DNA from: Azolla caroliniana
Taxonomy: Eukaryota; Plantae; Polypodiophyta
Assembly: GCA_043228905.1 (NCBI GenBank)
Contig: JBHGNT010000021.1
Span: 5,828,001-5,892,000 of the forward strand
DNA length: 64,000 nucleotides
Direction of reading: 5' to 3'
Shown: positions 26,521 through 37,770 of the stretch, piece after piece
Position numbering within the stretch: position 1 is the first letter of the stretch
How the letters are laid out: every line of letters starts with the position of its first letter
Notes under the pieces: generated by a model
Seen by the model: the letters and a program-made list of their open reading frames with translations, nothing else
Database searches by the model: none
Told to the model about the DNA's origin: nothing
Made by a program: the position numbers and the translations under genes

Positions 26521-29500
26521 TCTCGAAGAAATCTAGTGAGAGACCATCGGGGCTGGGGCATGCACCCCTTCGCAATCCCCTAAGCGCCTCCGAGAGTTCT
26601 AAACGAGAGATGGGGCTATCGAGCACAACTTCCATCACTGGGTTACCTTGGGGTGAATGCAAGACATCATTCGATCAGCCAACTCCATGTGTTGCCTCAC
26701 ATGCATAGGTGCGAGGAGGTCACGATAGTATTGTGTTGCCATTTCCAAAATCTCAGTCTTGTCCTCCGTTATCGAGCCGTCGGGTTTTCGCAACCCTTGT
26801 ATACGTCCACCACCACCCTTGGGTGCCTTGTAGTGAAAGAAATGTCGGTTGACCTTGTCGTTTTTTCTATCCCGCCATGCTGCGTTTCTTCGAAACAACA
26901 TTCAGTTCTTCTCCAAAGTCCTTTCTTGTACCTTCATCTTTGCTTCCTCCAGCTTAGCTCTAGACCAAGTGCAGCCAGGGTCTACCTGTAGCAGCCATTG
27001 CGCTGCCGCAACGGCCTTCCTTAATTTTGTTTCAATGGCTCTAACCTGCTGGAGGGCACGCTTGGTCCCCTGTTGTAAGAAGGAGGAGAGGGCCATTTTT
27101 TTTTGCAAATCTCCGCTGGCTGATTCATTGCCCATGGTGTCCTGCCATATACTTTGTAAACCGGCCTTCACCTATTCACTCTTCATAATCTTTGTGGGGA
27201 TCTTCACATTGAGACTGCCCTTGCTATCGTTGGGTGGGTTAAGGTCTAGTGTCACCAGTTGATGATTTGAAAAGGTAAGACCTGCCAAGATAGCAAAGGA
27301 GCCCCCAAGCTCTTCGAGGGATGAGTTGATGTATATGCGATCTAGCCGTGCAAGACTACCGCCCCTAGCATTCCCGGCGGCTCTGGAAAAGTGCAGCGAA
27401 TGTGAGCTTCTCCTAAGGGAAGAGCCCCATGTATCCTTCACCCCGATTTTGCCAATTAGGAAAGCCCATGAATCCAGCACCGCACCATAAATAGGCCTCT
27501 GGGTCCCTCCTTTCCTATCTCCCAAGTGTTCAGTCATGTTGAAATCACCTGCCATTACCCAAGCCTCGACATCAGGTAATGTTGTCACTAACATCCTCCA
27601 AAAGATTGCTCTCTCGGGGGCTGAGTTAGGGGCATAAATGTTTAGCACCCCAACCTGTAGGCGATTCCATTTCAGAAGCACGTATAAGGCTCGACCCTCC
27701 ACCAACGTGCCAGATGATGTTACTTCGTATCGGGCCTTATCGCTGATCGAGATGTAGACCCCTCCTCTTCGGTGGAGGTAACCCTGTGCAGTTGACCACC
27801 ATGTGGTTCACCCACCCGACAAGGGGTTTACTAAGCTCTGAGTTCGCTCTTGCGAGAGGCGGTGTTCCTGCAAAAGCAATATGTCAATATGGCCCCCTAT
27901 AGTAAGGGGATTCAACTCTTCCTGAAGTCTTCTGCACTCTTGGTGTTGTCGGCCTCCACCAAGGCCCTGTACATTCCACGTTAGGATCCTCATCCAAAAG
28001 CGGTGACGTTCACGCCCATGTTTGGGCCGATCCCCATGTTATGGGGCAACCTAACACCTATTTCGGGGGGTATGGTCTCCACAGCAGGCTACAAATCCCC
28101 TGCGGAATTCTCAGTCGATCGTTCCCAACCCGCTTCAAATAGATCCCGCGATACATTTGTGCTCCGAAGCGGTGGCACCTCTTGCATCCCTCTATCTAAG
28201 AGAGTCGTCGCCAAACCAAGTGTTGGTCGGCCTATCTTACCCTTTCCCTTGTCCTTGAGCTTGTCCGTCCGGATCCACGATTTCACTAATCTGAGGCCAC
28301 TACCACATTCACGTTCCAGTGGGAGGGGGGCCTTTGCCAACTTCTCTTCCGGGGTGGACGGTACAAGTTGGGGTTGCATCTCTATCGGGGTAGAGAACAC
28401 AAGTTCAGGCTCTCGTGGGGGAAGGCATGCGGAGTCGCATGGGGACATCATTGCTGCCAACGCTTCTGGGTCGCCATCCCCTAAATCTGTTGGTAGCTCT
28501 CACCTGTAGGTCGGGTGCATCGGCACTCCCGGAGAGGATCTTTACCCGTTTCAAGGGTTGCTCGTCCGCGCTTGCTGGTGACAAGGTAGCGGGACTTATA
28601 TTCAAAGGGGTGGTCACGAAAAAGGGTGGAAGAGGATGCACCTAGGCCTCCAAGTTTCCCCTTCTTCTTAACGGGTATCCAAGGAGCCTCGTCACCCTTG
28701 GTTGTCCCGACTTTGCCCGAGGGTCGAGGTCCCGAACTTCCCTTTCCAGTCTTGCGAGGACACGCCTTAGCTAGGTGTCCTGTCTGTTTGCAAATGAAAC
28801 ACTGCCCCGAGAGTCCCTCATAAACCACTTTCACCACTGTGAGACCTAGCTCCTCAGAGTAGAGTCTAATCCTTGATGGAAGTCTATGGAGGGAAGGCAC
28901 CAAGATGCGCAACTTGGGCACCTCCGCAACTGTGTCTGCCATTGACACTTTTTGAGGACATATCATCCCTATTTGTTCGCCAAAAAGAGGGAGCATATGG
29001 CACAAATGGGGAGGGAGGACGGGAAATGTTGCGATGATCACCCTAGGGTTGTTGAGTTTCCGTAACTCTTCAATCAGATTGAACCCTGGTGACCATGCTC
29101 TGGAGCAACACCTTGCCGTACTTCAATTTGAGTACCTTGAGCTTGACCAATGGTTGTGCCAGCGAGCCATTACCTAATTCGATGTGGAATAAGTTTTTCC
29201 CTAAACCCCTGACACTCTTGATCACAGGCATGTTCTCCATCACAGCCACCTGGAACATGTCCCGAACCATGCCCCGACTTGGTTTACCTGCCAGAAACCT
29301 ACATACGAAGGAGGTACGCCGTAGACGTTCGATTTCCTACGATAAGAAACGGTTGGCCTCAGGGGACAACGTAATGTCGAGATATGATCCACCTTCTTCA
29401 TCGAGCAAAATGGGCGTTGGTGGAAGCTCGATTCCTCCCTCCATAGCGAGTTATGTGTCTTGCGAGGCTGTCTATGTTGGTCTTCCCTTCCCCCTTTGTT

Positions 29501-29733
29501 TTGTGTGTTTTTTAATTAATTAAGTAATGTGCGTTTTCTGGTTGGGGGAGGGAGGGAGGAATGTGGGTGTGGGAGTACCTGGACAGCAGCTGGCGTTGTG
29601 CTCCTGCTCCTACTCTGTTGGACAGCGCACACGTTCTTCATCATGTACCTGCGCCTGCTCCTGCTCGCCATGTCTGCGCGCCCTGTTTTGCTGCTCGCGC
29701 TCCCGCCATCGCTCTAGGACAACCTTATTCTAG
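26521..29733 (-). mobile_element. LINE (L1-like) retrotransposon, ORF1 plus APE endonuclease half of ORF2, 3'-truncated
   Basis: ORF1 zinc knuckle CFICKQTGHLAKAC at about 28800. ORF2 starts MRILTWNVQGLG at 27993, followed by NIYAPN, AGDFN, LARLDRIY, SNHQLV, WRDRKNDKVNRHFF and CPSPDGLSLDFF. It ends before the RT core. GC-richer than the flanks and disrupted by stops and frameshifts. Confidence 0.9.
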
Positions 29734-29871
29734 GCATATCACATGTTAGATAAGTATATAAAACTATTGTGTGCACAGTGAAACAAGATAGGAAAGATAT
29801 ATGATTTTCATAAGCCTTATTATTATTACTTTGGTTTGGCCTAATGGTGTGCATCAATAGATAAATACGTA

Positions 29872-30135
29872 TATGCAACTAGTTCTTCAATAAATAAGAA
29901 CGACTTAGATGCTTAGACCTAGTTTGGGTTAACGTATACAACTCGTTCTTGGATCAATGCAAACAAGCCGAGACATATATATGCCTACAATCAAGTTAAG
30001 ATATATACAAGTGGATTCATGGGTAAATGAAGACGAACGAGATATATAGGAATGGAATCATGTTAAAAATATACAAGTGGTTCCTCGATGGATGAAAACA
30101 AACACAACATACATGCCTACAACACAGGTCAAAAC
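29872..30135. repeat. Four degenerate tandem units of about 65 bp
   Basis: Units begin TAT(A/G)CAA(C/G)T(A/C/G)G at about 29872, 29935, 30004 and 30070. Confidence 0.6.
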
Positions 30136-30244
30136 TAAACCACACAGACGTGTATGGTCGTGTTTGTGTGTGTATAATAGATAGCTATTGGGCGAAAGCA
30201 ACAAACAAGAAACGCAGGCAAGCAATCACGAGAAGTCCACAATG

Positions 30245-30280
<36 letters not shown>

Positions 30281-30437
30281 AAAAGATATCCTGTCATTAG
30301 TATAAACAATTTACAATATTTTTAAAACCTCTATGTGATCGGCGGGGGAAACAACCATTTCGGCGGCTGAAAATGCCAATAGGGAATGCCGTAATTGGAT
30401 GAAGTCCACAATGTTTGGAACATTAGAGAGCCACGTA

Positions 30438-30703
30438 GATGTGTATGTGTATGTGTACATATTGTGTGTCGTGTATCGTGCATAATGTATTGTGTATTAT
30501 GTATGTGTATGGTGTATTGTTTATGTATATCTGTATATGGTATATGTATATGCATATGTGTATTAGGTATATGTATATGCATATGTGTATTGTGTATGTG
30601 TATGTGTATGTGTATTTGGTATATGTATATGTATGTTGTATATTGTATATCTATATAGTATATGTATATGCATATGTGTATGTGTATGTGTATTTGGTAT
30701 TTG

Positions 30704-30739
<36 letters not shown>

Positions 30740-31050
30740 TGTATATGGTATATGGTATACGGTATATGTATATGCATATGTGTATATGGTAGATGTATAT
30801 ATATGCATATTGTATTGTGTATTGTGTATTTGGTATATGTATATTGTGTATATGTGTACTGGTAATAGAAGCAGAATAGTATATGTATATGTATATGTAT
30901 ATTGTATATGGTATATGGTATACGGTATATGTATATGCATATGTGTATATGGTAGATGTATATATATGCATATTGTATTGTGTATTGTGTATTTGGTATA
31001 TGTATATTGTGTATATGTGTACTGATAATAGAAGCAGAATAGTATATGGA
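30438..31050. repeat. Compound (TA/TG)-rich microsatellite with a 163-bp higher-order duplication
   Basis: TATGTA/TATATG arrays; the unique tag tactg(g/a)taatagaagcagaatagtatatg occurs at 30857 and 31020. Confidence 0.9.
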
Positions 31051-31078
31051 GACACATGTGAAGCAGTAGAGAGAGAAG

Positions 31079-31296
31079 ATAACATTCGTTTTCCTACGTT
31101 GGAAAACGAATGCGAATGTTATCCTAACATTCTTGTGTTTTTTTTTTTGTTTTTTTCCCATTTTTTTAATGTTTTTTTTTGTTTTTTTTTCATTTTTACG
31201 CTTATCTACCTCATAATAAATAGTTAATCCAAAAGTATGATATTTATCATTCTTTGAGGGTGTTTTTCACGTATGGTACGTATGGTTCATACTATG
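31079..31296 (+). repeat. Dispersed repeat, inverted copy of 42138-42322
   Basis: ataacattcgttttcctacgttggaaaacgaatg...acctcataataaatagttaatccaaaagtatg...cgtatggttcatactatg matches the reverse complement of 42138-42322. Confidence 0.85.
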
Positions 31297-31468
31297 TGTC
31301 ATCTAACAATTTCTTAACATGAGTATCATCACCATGACCACCACCACCACCACCAAAAGCCTGAAGCTACAAGCAAATGCTTTCATAAATTGAGTTTATG
31401 TACATTTTCTCTCTCCTCCCCTGCCCCTGCCCCTGCCTCATTTGTGCCCACTTAAAGAAACTTGGGCT

Positions 31469-34400
31469 ATGGCTGCTATCCTCCAAACCGCTTTCCCTGC
31501 TTCTGTGGAGAAGCACAACCCTTTCCCCTCCGATGGGCTCTCTCTCACCCCTCTCAGATCCCGCCCTTCAAACCTCTGCTCCACTGTTGGCCGCCCATTT
31601 CCTTCCATCACTTGCTCATCCTCCACCATTGTTCAGCCTCAAACGGTTACTCCAGGTACTTCTAGTCACTAATTTTTTTATTTTTTTATTTTTTTGTTTC
31701 TTGGTGTTTTCTTCCAAACTGCTTTCCTCTTTGAGGCATATGATGTGTAGTTGTAGGTTTGTATATACAATGTGCGTGTCTGTATACATATGATATAAGT
31801 GTATGTGTTGGGGTGTGTATTTTCAGACGTGTGTGTTTCTATTTTAGATGTGTGTGTATTTTTATATTTGTACAATGTATTACAAAAACAAACCTGTATA
31901 GCTATCTATGTGTGTATAATTATGTATATGTGTATCTATATTAAAAGGTGAATTGGTCACTCATGAGATTAATAATCAGATAAGGTGAAGCCAGAGATCC
32001 TTCTCAATTTTAGATATGTGTGTATCTTTATATTTGTACAATGTATTACAAAAAAAAACCTGTATAACTATCTATGTGTGTATAATTATGTATATGTGTA
32101 TCTATATTAAAAGGTGAATTGGTCACTCACGAGATTAATAATCAGATAAGGTGAAGCCAGAGATCCTTCTGAAAAATGAACGATCGTCCATTCGCCTTGC
32201 ACTTCCAAGCAAAGGCAGGATGGCTGAAGACACCATCAATTTGCTTAAGGTACTACCAACTTCCATGTTTCTCTTTCCTCGAATTGAAAGAAACAAAACC
32301 ATATTTTTTTCCTCTGATTCGAATTTTTGTTCTAATTTTCAATTTATATTGGGATACATGTGTATACTAATTCATACTAAGGATCTTCAGCTTTAAAAAT
32401 GTAAATTTCATCTAAATTTTTGGTTGGATCATTTATTAAAAGTAATAATTCTTCATTGAAATCGGGTGAAATTATTTCGTCAATATTTGAAGGATTTCAT
32501 TGTAAAATATCTAAAGTTTAGGGGGTATGTATAAAATCATTTTTGAAATATAAAGGGGATTTATTATTCTTGCAATAGTATATCAATGATCTTGGGTTTA
32601 TTTTTGAACATATATTCAGATGGCCTACTTCCAAGCCATACACTCATTTGTAAAGATGGATCATAAATCAAAGTTGGGGTTCCCAAAGGCCCCTTTTACA
32701 TGAGAGCTCTTGCCCTTTTATACAAGCTGGAAACCTTTGAAGGTCCCTTTCACATTATAAGCCCATTGACCATTGACCAGAAAGTGGCTTTTAGTGGATG
32801 TGAAGGGGAGAGAATGAGTACCAAAAGGTAGCCCTAAAGTTGGGGTACCCAAAGGCCCCTTTTACATGAGAGCTCTTACCCTTTTATATAAGTTGGAAAC
32901 CCTAGAAGGTCCTTTCACATTATAAGCCTGTTGACCATTGACCATTCCTACCTAAGAAAGAGTAGTTCCCCACAAATTACAACATGCCATGCCTCTTACA
33001 TTCATTTGGCCCATTACCAATATTTTAGATTGGATATTCTGAGTCTTATAGGGTTGTTTAAAATGTTTTTCTAGTTTAATAGGAGCAACCTAAGGGCCTT
33101 TAATGCCACGCTCCCCATAGCAACACATGTCCATACATTCATATGTAAATATCGTGACCTAAGGATTAAAATGATGGAATATATAAATTCTATGCTTACT
33201 AGTTGTGGAATGACACTATTATATCATGTTATCCAGCAAGGATATATTATGTATCCAATTGTATAGAACATCTGGACCATGTCTAGTATACACATGTGTT
33301 AAACATGAGAACTGCATCTTCATATCTTCACTATAGAATATATTATCCCAGGTATTTACATTAGGTATGCTACTTTCCTGCATATTTACATTAAGTTGGT
33401 TACTTTCTGTTATTTTCTTGGATATTTACAGATGTATGTAATTGTTTCAGGACTGCCAACTCTCTATCCATAAGCCTAATGCTCGGCAGTACATTGCGGA
33501 TATACCAAGTGTAAATTTCTTGAATCCCTAAACCATATTCCAAATCTATGAGCACTATATATTTGATGGCTATGTGCAGCTTCCAGGGCTGGAAGTTTGG
33601 TTTCAGCGTGCGTCGGATGTGGTGAGGAAGATAAGGTCAGGGGATGTGGATCTGGGAATTGTAGGATATGATATGGTGTGCGAGTATGGCGAGGTAGGCT
33701 ATTTTATTTTCCCTCTATATCTTAATTCTTTATTCTCTACCAGTGAATGGCAACTATATTATTTTGTCTCAATTGACCAGGGAGATGAAGATTTAATTAT
33801 AGTACATGATGCCCTTGCATTTGGGAAGTGTCATTTGGCTATATGTGTAAGTTTTGAGTTTATTTTTGATTCCAATGATAATCGAGTCAAATTAGGAAAG
33901 CTTGATCTTTTGGGTTCAATAATATGATCATCAAATCCGGAAATTCATTTATTTTCTCTAAAGTACAAAAAAAATGCAGGTCCCAACATATGGTATATTT
34001 GAGAATATTTCATCAATGGCAGAACTCCTTGCGATGCCTCAATGGTGTGCAGAAAGGCCATTGCGAATTGTGACAGGCTACACTCATGTTGGTTTTCCTT
34101 TTCATACTTCTTATGCTTATTTTTGTACATTAATTGGAATGGTGAAAAAACCGATTTTGAATAAATTTGCTTATATACAGCTAGGAGAGAAATTCATTAA
34201 AAAGGTTGGTCTTAAGCACGTGAAATTGAGTACAGCAGATGGAGCCCTGGAAGCTGCACCTGCAGTAAGGATTATTCTCTATACGCTGTAACTGTTTTTA
34301 TGTGCTATCTTTCTTATCTATACCTATTGTTTTGAAATAAAATTCTACTTGATTCATCTAAATTGAAGTTTTTCTTTTGTGAGTGAGGTAAGCCTCCTGT

Positions 34401-35924
34401 GAACAATATGAATGTGCGGGTGTACAATATTCTCCTCATGACAATAGAGAGGCCTCTCTCTCTCTCTCTGTATCTGACAATAAAAACCTTAACAAATTTA
34501 TGGGAAATGGCTTTCGACAGTTTCCAAATTATTTACCATTATTTTGTTGAAATGTAAGATATGAATCTTTTCAAAAAGAAAATGATAAGTTATGGAAATT
34601 AGTTACTGGAGTTTTCTTTTATGATCTCCTTGACCATAAACCAGGAAAAGATTGAAAAACAAAACTGAAGCGTGTTGGTGAAGTACTGTTTGTCTTAGTG
34701 ACATGCCTAAAAAATGCAGTCCAGTATGGCACACTTACCGGTACTCCAACATTTAATAGCCTGACATGGTGATCATCAGTTGCTGTAGAGGACAGTTGAG
34801 AATCATCTCATCAAATTTATTGGATATATATAAAAATCATCATATCATGTTCTAATTAACTGGATATGTTGAAAGCAACTTTTTCAGGTTAAATGCACTC
34901 ACATTGAGTGGAATGTGTTTAAAAAGGCTAAAACTTATGTAACACTTGGGAATCTCTATTGATGATAGCTTACGTGATGTAACACTTGGCAGATGGGTAC
35001 AGCTGATGCCATTCTTGACCTTGTGAGTAGTGGCACCACTTTACGTGAAAATAATTTAAAGCAAATAGATGGGGGATTAGTGTTGGAGAGTCAGGTGAGA
35101 TTCCGATTTCCTATAAATTTTCTTTTCTCGCTGTATTTTATGACGCACCTTAGAATAGAAGGCCATCTGATGGATTTTCTACAGGGTGTTCTAGTTGCAA
35201 ACAAGCAAGCATTGCTCCAGAGGCCTACAGCTTTAGAAATCACCCATGAGATATTGGAGAGGCTGGAAGCTCACCTTCGGGCAGAGGGTCAATTTACGGT
35301 AACACTTTCTAATGAATATATTCCGAGGTGTATTTTGGTGCAAATAATATAGCTTTTCATTTCAATTTTGGGGGGTTTTGTTTGTCTGTACAAGGAATCA
35401 TATCTATGTATACGAATTGCAGGTGGTTGCTAATATGCGTGGGAAGTCAAGTCAAGAGGTTGCAGATTATATCTTGAACTTCACAGATTTCCATGGATTA
35501 CAGGTCGTTATCCCGCCCATTTCGTAGTCTATCCATGCTTTTAATGAGCTTTTGAAGCCCTCATAGGTTGAAAAATAAATTACCTGTTTTTTTTGCATGA
35601 ATGATGCAGGGACCAACCGTCAGTCCAGTGTATAATAAAGCAAATGGGATTGTAGAGGAGGGTTATTATAGTATTGTCATTTGTGTGCCTAAGACTCGTC
35701 TTTATGATGCGGTAAAACAGTTGAGAAAGGTAAAATACTTCTTGATCATAATGTGATTGCGATTTTATCATACTACACGACTACCCACTGTTCATGAATT
35801 GATTTTGTTGGTTTCTGACTTACAGGCTGGAGGGAGTGGAGTTCTTGTATCTCCATTGACTTACATATTTGATGAGGAACCGCCTCGGTGGCTTGAGTTA
35901 CTAGAGAAACTCAAACAATTCTGA
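31469..35924 (+). CDS. HISN1: ATP phosphoribosyltransferase, long-form HisG, plastid-targeted; 12 exons
   Basis: Exons at about 31469-31655 (Ser/Pro-rich transit peptide), 32146-32249, 33451-33510, 33580-33693, 33781-33846, 33980-34087, 34181-34264, 34993-35094, 35185-35298, 35423-35503, 35610-35729 and 35826-35924. Motifs [32 protein letters not shown]|[26 protein letters not shown]|GPTVSPVY and [21 protein letters not shown]. Confidence 0.95.
31842..32170. repeat. Tandem duplication of about 166 bp spanning the HISN1 intron 1/exon 2 boundary
   Basis: ttttagat...aattggtcactca(t/c)gagattaataatcagataaggtgaagccagagatccttct occurs twice. Confidence 0.9.
32670..32944. repeat. Direct repeat of about 110 bp in HISN1 intron 2
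   Basis: aaagttgggg(t/ta)cccaaaggcccctt...cacattataagcc...ttgaccattgacca at 32670 and 32837. Confidence 0.85.
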
Positions 35925-37224
35925 GGATTGCCATTGCATCATCATCACCATGCATGTTCTCGGTTTAGGGCATTCATTGTAGCTGAATTTTGAGCATATA
36001 AACTTCATATAAACTGTTTAGAAAAATAGATCAAAGATTGAAAGTTTCCAGAGGCTCTGTCATAATCAAATAACGAAAAAACTTCCATTGCCTGTCTTGT
36101 GGTTTTTTTTTTACCGGTTTGCCCTGCTTTATCTGTGGCCCTACTTGATCAATTGTAACGAAATTTCAAACATGGTTCTTTTACAATCGTGGGCCATGCC
36201 TCGAATTTTTGTACATGGCTAGAATGAAGGATATGGTTCAAATGTTGTTTACTGGTCTGATTTGGTGAAAATCACGAAGAAGGATTCACATTTTCGGAAT
36301 CCCCTTGTCACATCAAGAAGTTGTTTTATGTCAGACATATTCATATTGATTGTTCTCTAACGGAATATTGCACTCTTTAAGGATTGTGTCTTGCGCTCTT
36401 TTAAAAAGAACATTCCAAAAAGAGATGGGTGTATTCCCTTGTCCTCCCAACCTCGTGACATGAATGCATTATGCATACTAAACCTTCACTTAGGTATGTG
36501 TGTCTTCATACACTTCAAGAGATGAGAAAAAGAGGTGCGCATTCCCTTGTCCTCCCAATCTTTGTTTGACATGAATATATTCATGGTGTTTTGAAATGGT
36601 TTCATCATAGTAATGGTTGTGGCATACCATCCCCCTTAAAGGATCAATTATTCTCATCGATGAAAAAGTTTTACTTTCCCATTTGCAAGGAGGTAAAACA
36701 CAAGATGGCAATTACACAATTATGGTTGTGACACACCATCTCCCTTAAAGAATTGGCCATCATCGTCCATGAAAAAGGTTCTAAATATATATTGTATCCT
36801 TCAAATATTGTACAACACTTGGATTGTGGATACAAAATGGTAATTGACCAATAAAATTCAGCTCAAATGAGCAAAACTTATTCATTGAACGCTTTCGTGA
36901 ATTATATGCAGACTCCACCAAATAAAAATAATTTTCTGAATCTACCTAATAAAGACACACATACTCTTAACATATCTTCCATCACTTGGCCAACCCTTCT
37001 ACCATTGATTTTTTTTCCAACAATGGTTTATATTATGTTTAAAGCGATTGACATGAAATTGATAGAAAAACAGGAATTGGGCCACAACCAAGTCGAATGC
37101 AGAATAGGGGCAACAAGCAAAACAAAGAGAAACAAGAAAAATATGTGCACAAGATATATTGTGGAAAACCCCAAATAGGGTAAAAAACCACAGGTGCCCA
37201 CAAACACCAAAAAATATCACTATA

Positions 37225-37770
37225 AAAGAGATACACAACGAAATGAACACACAGGCATTGACCTGAGTTCATTCACTTCACTGACTGGCAGTTACAACGA
37301 AGACACTCTCACACACTTCGTCTGTTTTGGCTATGGAGGCAATGACCTCGCACGCGCTAGTTACACACAAGCCACTGTCGGACAATGAACAAGTCGACTC
37401 TACTCATAAAGTTTGCTCTAGTTATCTTTATACTTAGATAACTTACGGCCTATTTACACAACTGGCCTAAATAGGCTCAACTCAAAACCTATTCACATAT
37501 TTGATCTTCTTCCCCGATACTTGTCTAGAATTCGGCCCATCCGAAAGGGACCTAATTCTCAACAAACTCCCCCTTCACTTAGGATGGGACTTCACTAGTT
37601 CGACCCTACTCTGACATGCTTCTAGCCTTTCAGCCGACAAAACCTTTGTCAGCATGTCAGATCGTTCTCCGATGTGTGGATCTTTGTCACAACAAATTCC
37701 CCTTCTTCTACCTGCTCTCGGAGCCAATGATATCTCCTTTGGCTGTGTTTGGTCCTTGAGTGGTAGGCCT
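37225..37770 (-). mobile_element. Ty1/copia remnant: 3' LTR, polypurine tract and RNase H C-terminus
   Basis: The LTR starts TGTTGAGAATTAGG on the minus strand at 37564, preceded by PPT AGGGGGAGTT. Upstream codons read AYHSRTKHSQRRYHWLREQVEEGEFVVTKIHTSEN.DMLTK. The left LTR boundary is approximate. Confidence 0.85.

Noticed and set aside
30331-31227. Many overlapping Tyr/Ile/His/Cys-rich ORFs (up to 276 aa)
   Set aside because: Translations of a TA/TG microsatellite, open in many frames on both strands.
14127-35924. ACR and HISN1 as a divergent amino-acid-sensing gene cluster
   Set aside because: They are about 12 kb apart, separated by TEs, and nothing in the sequence indicates co-regulation.
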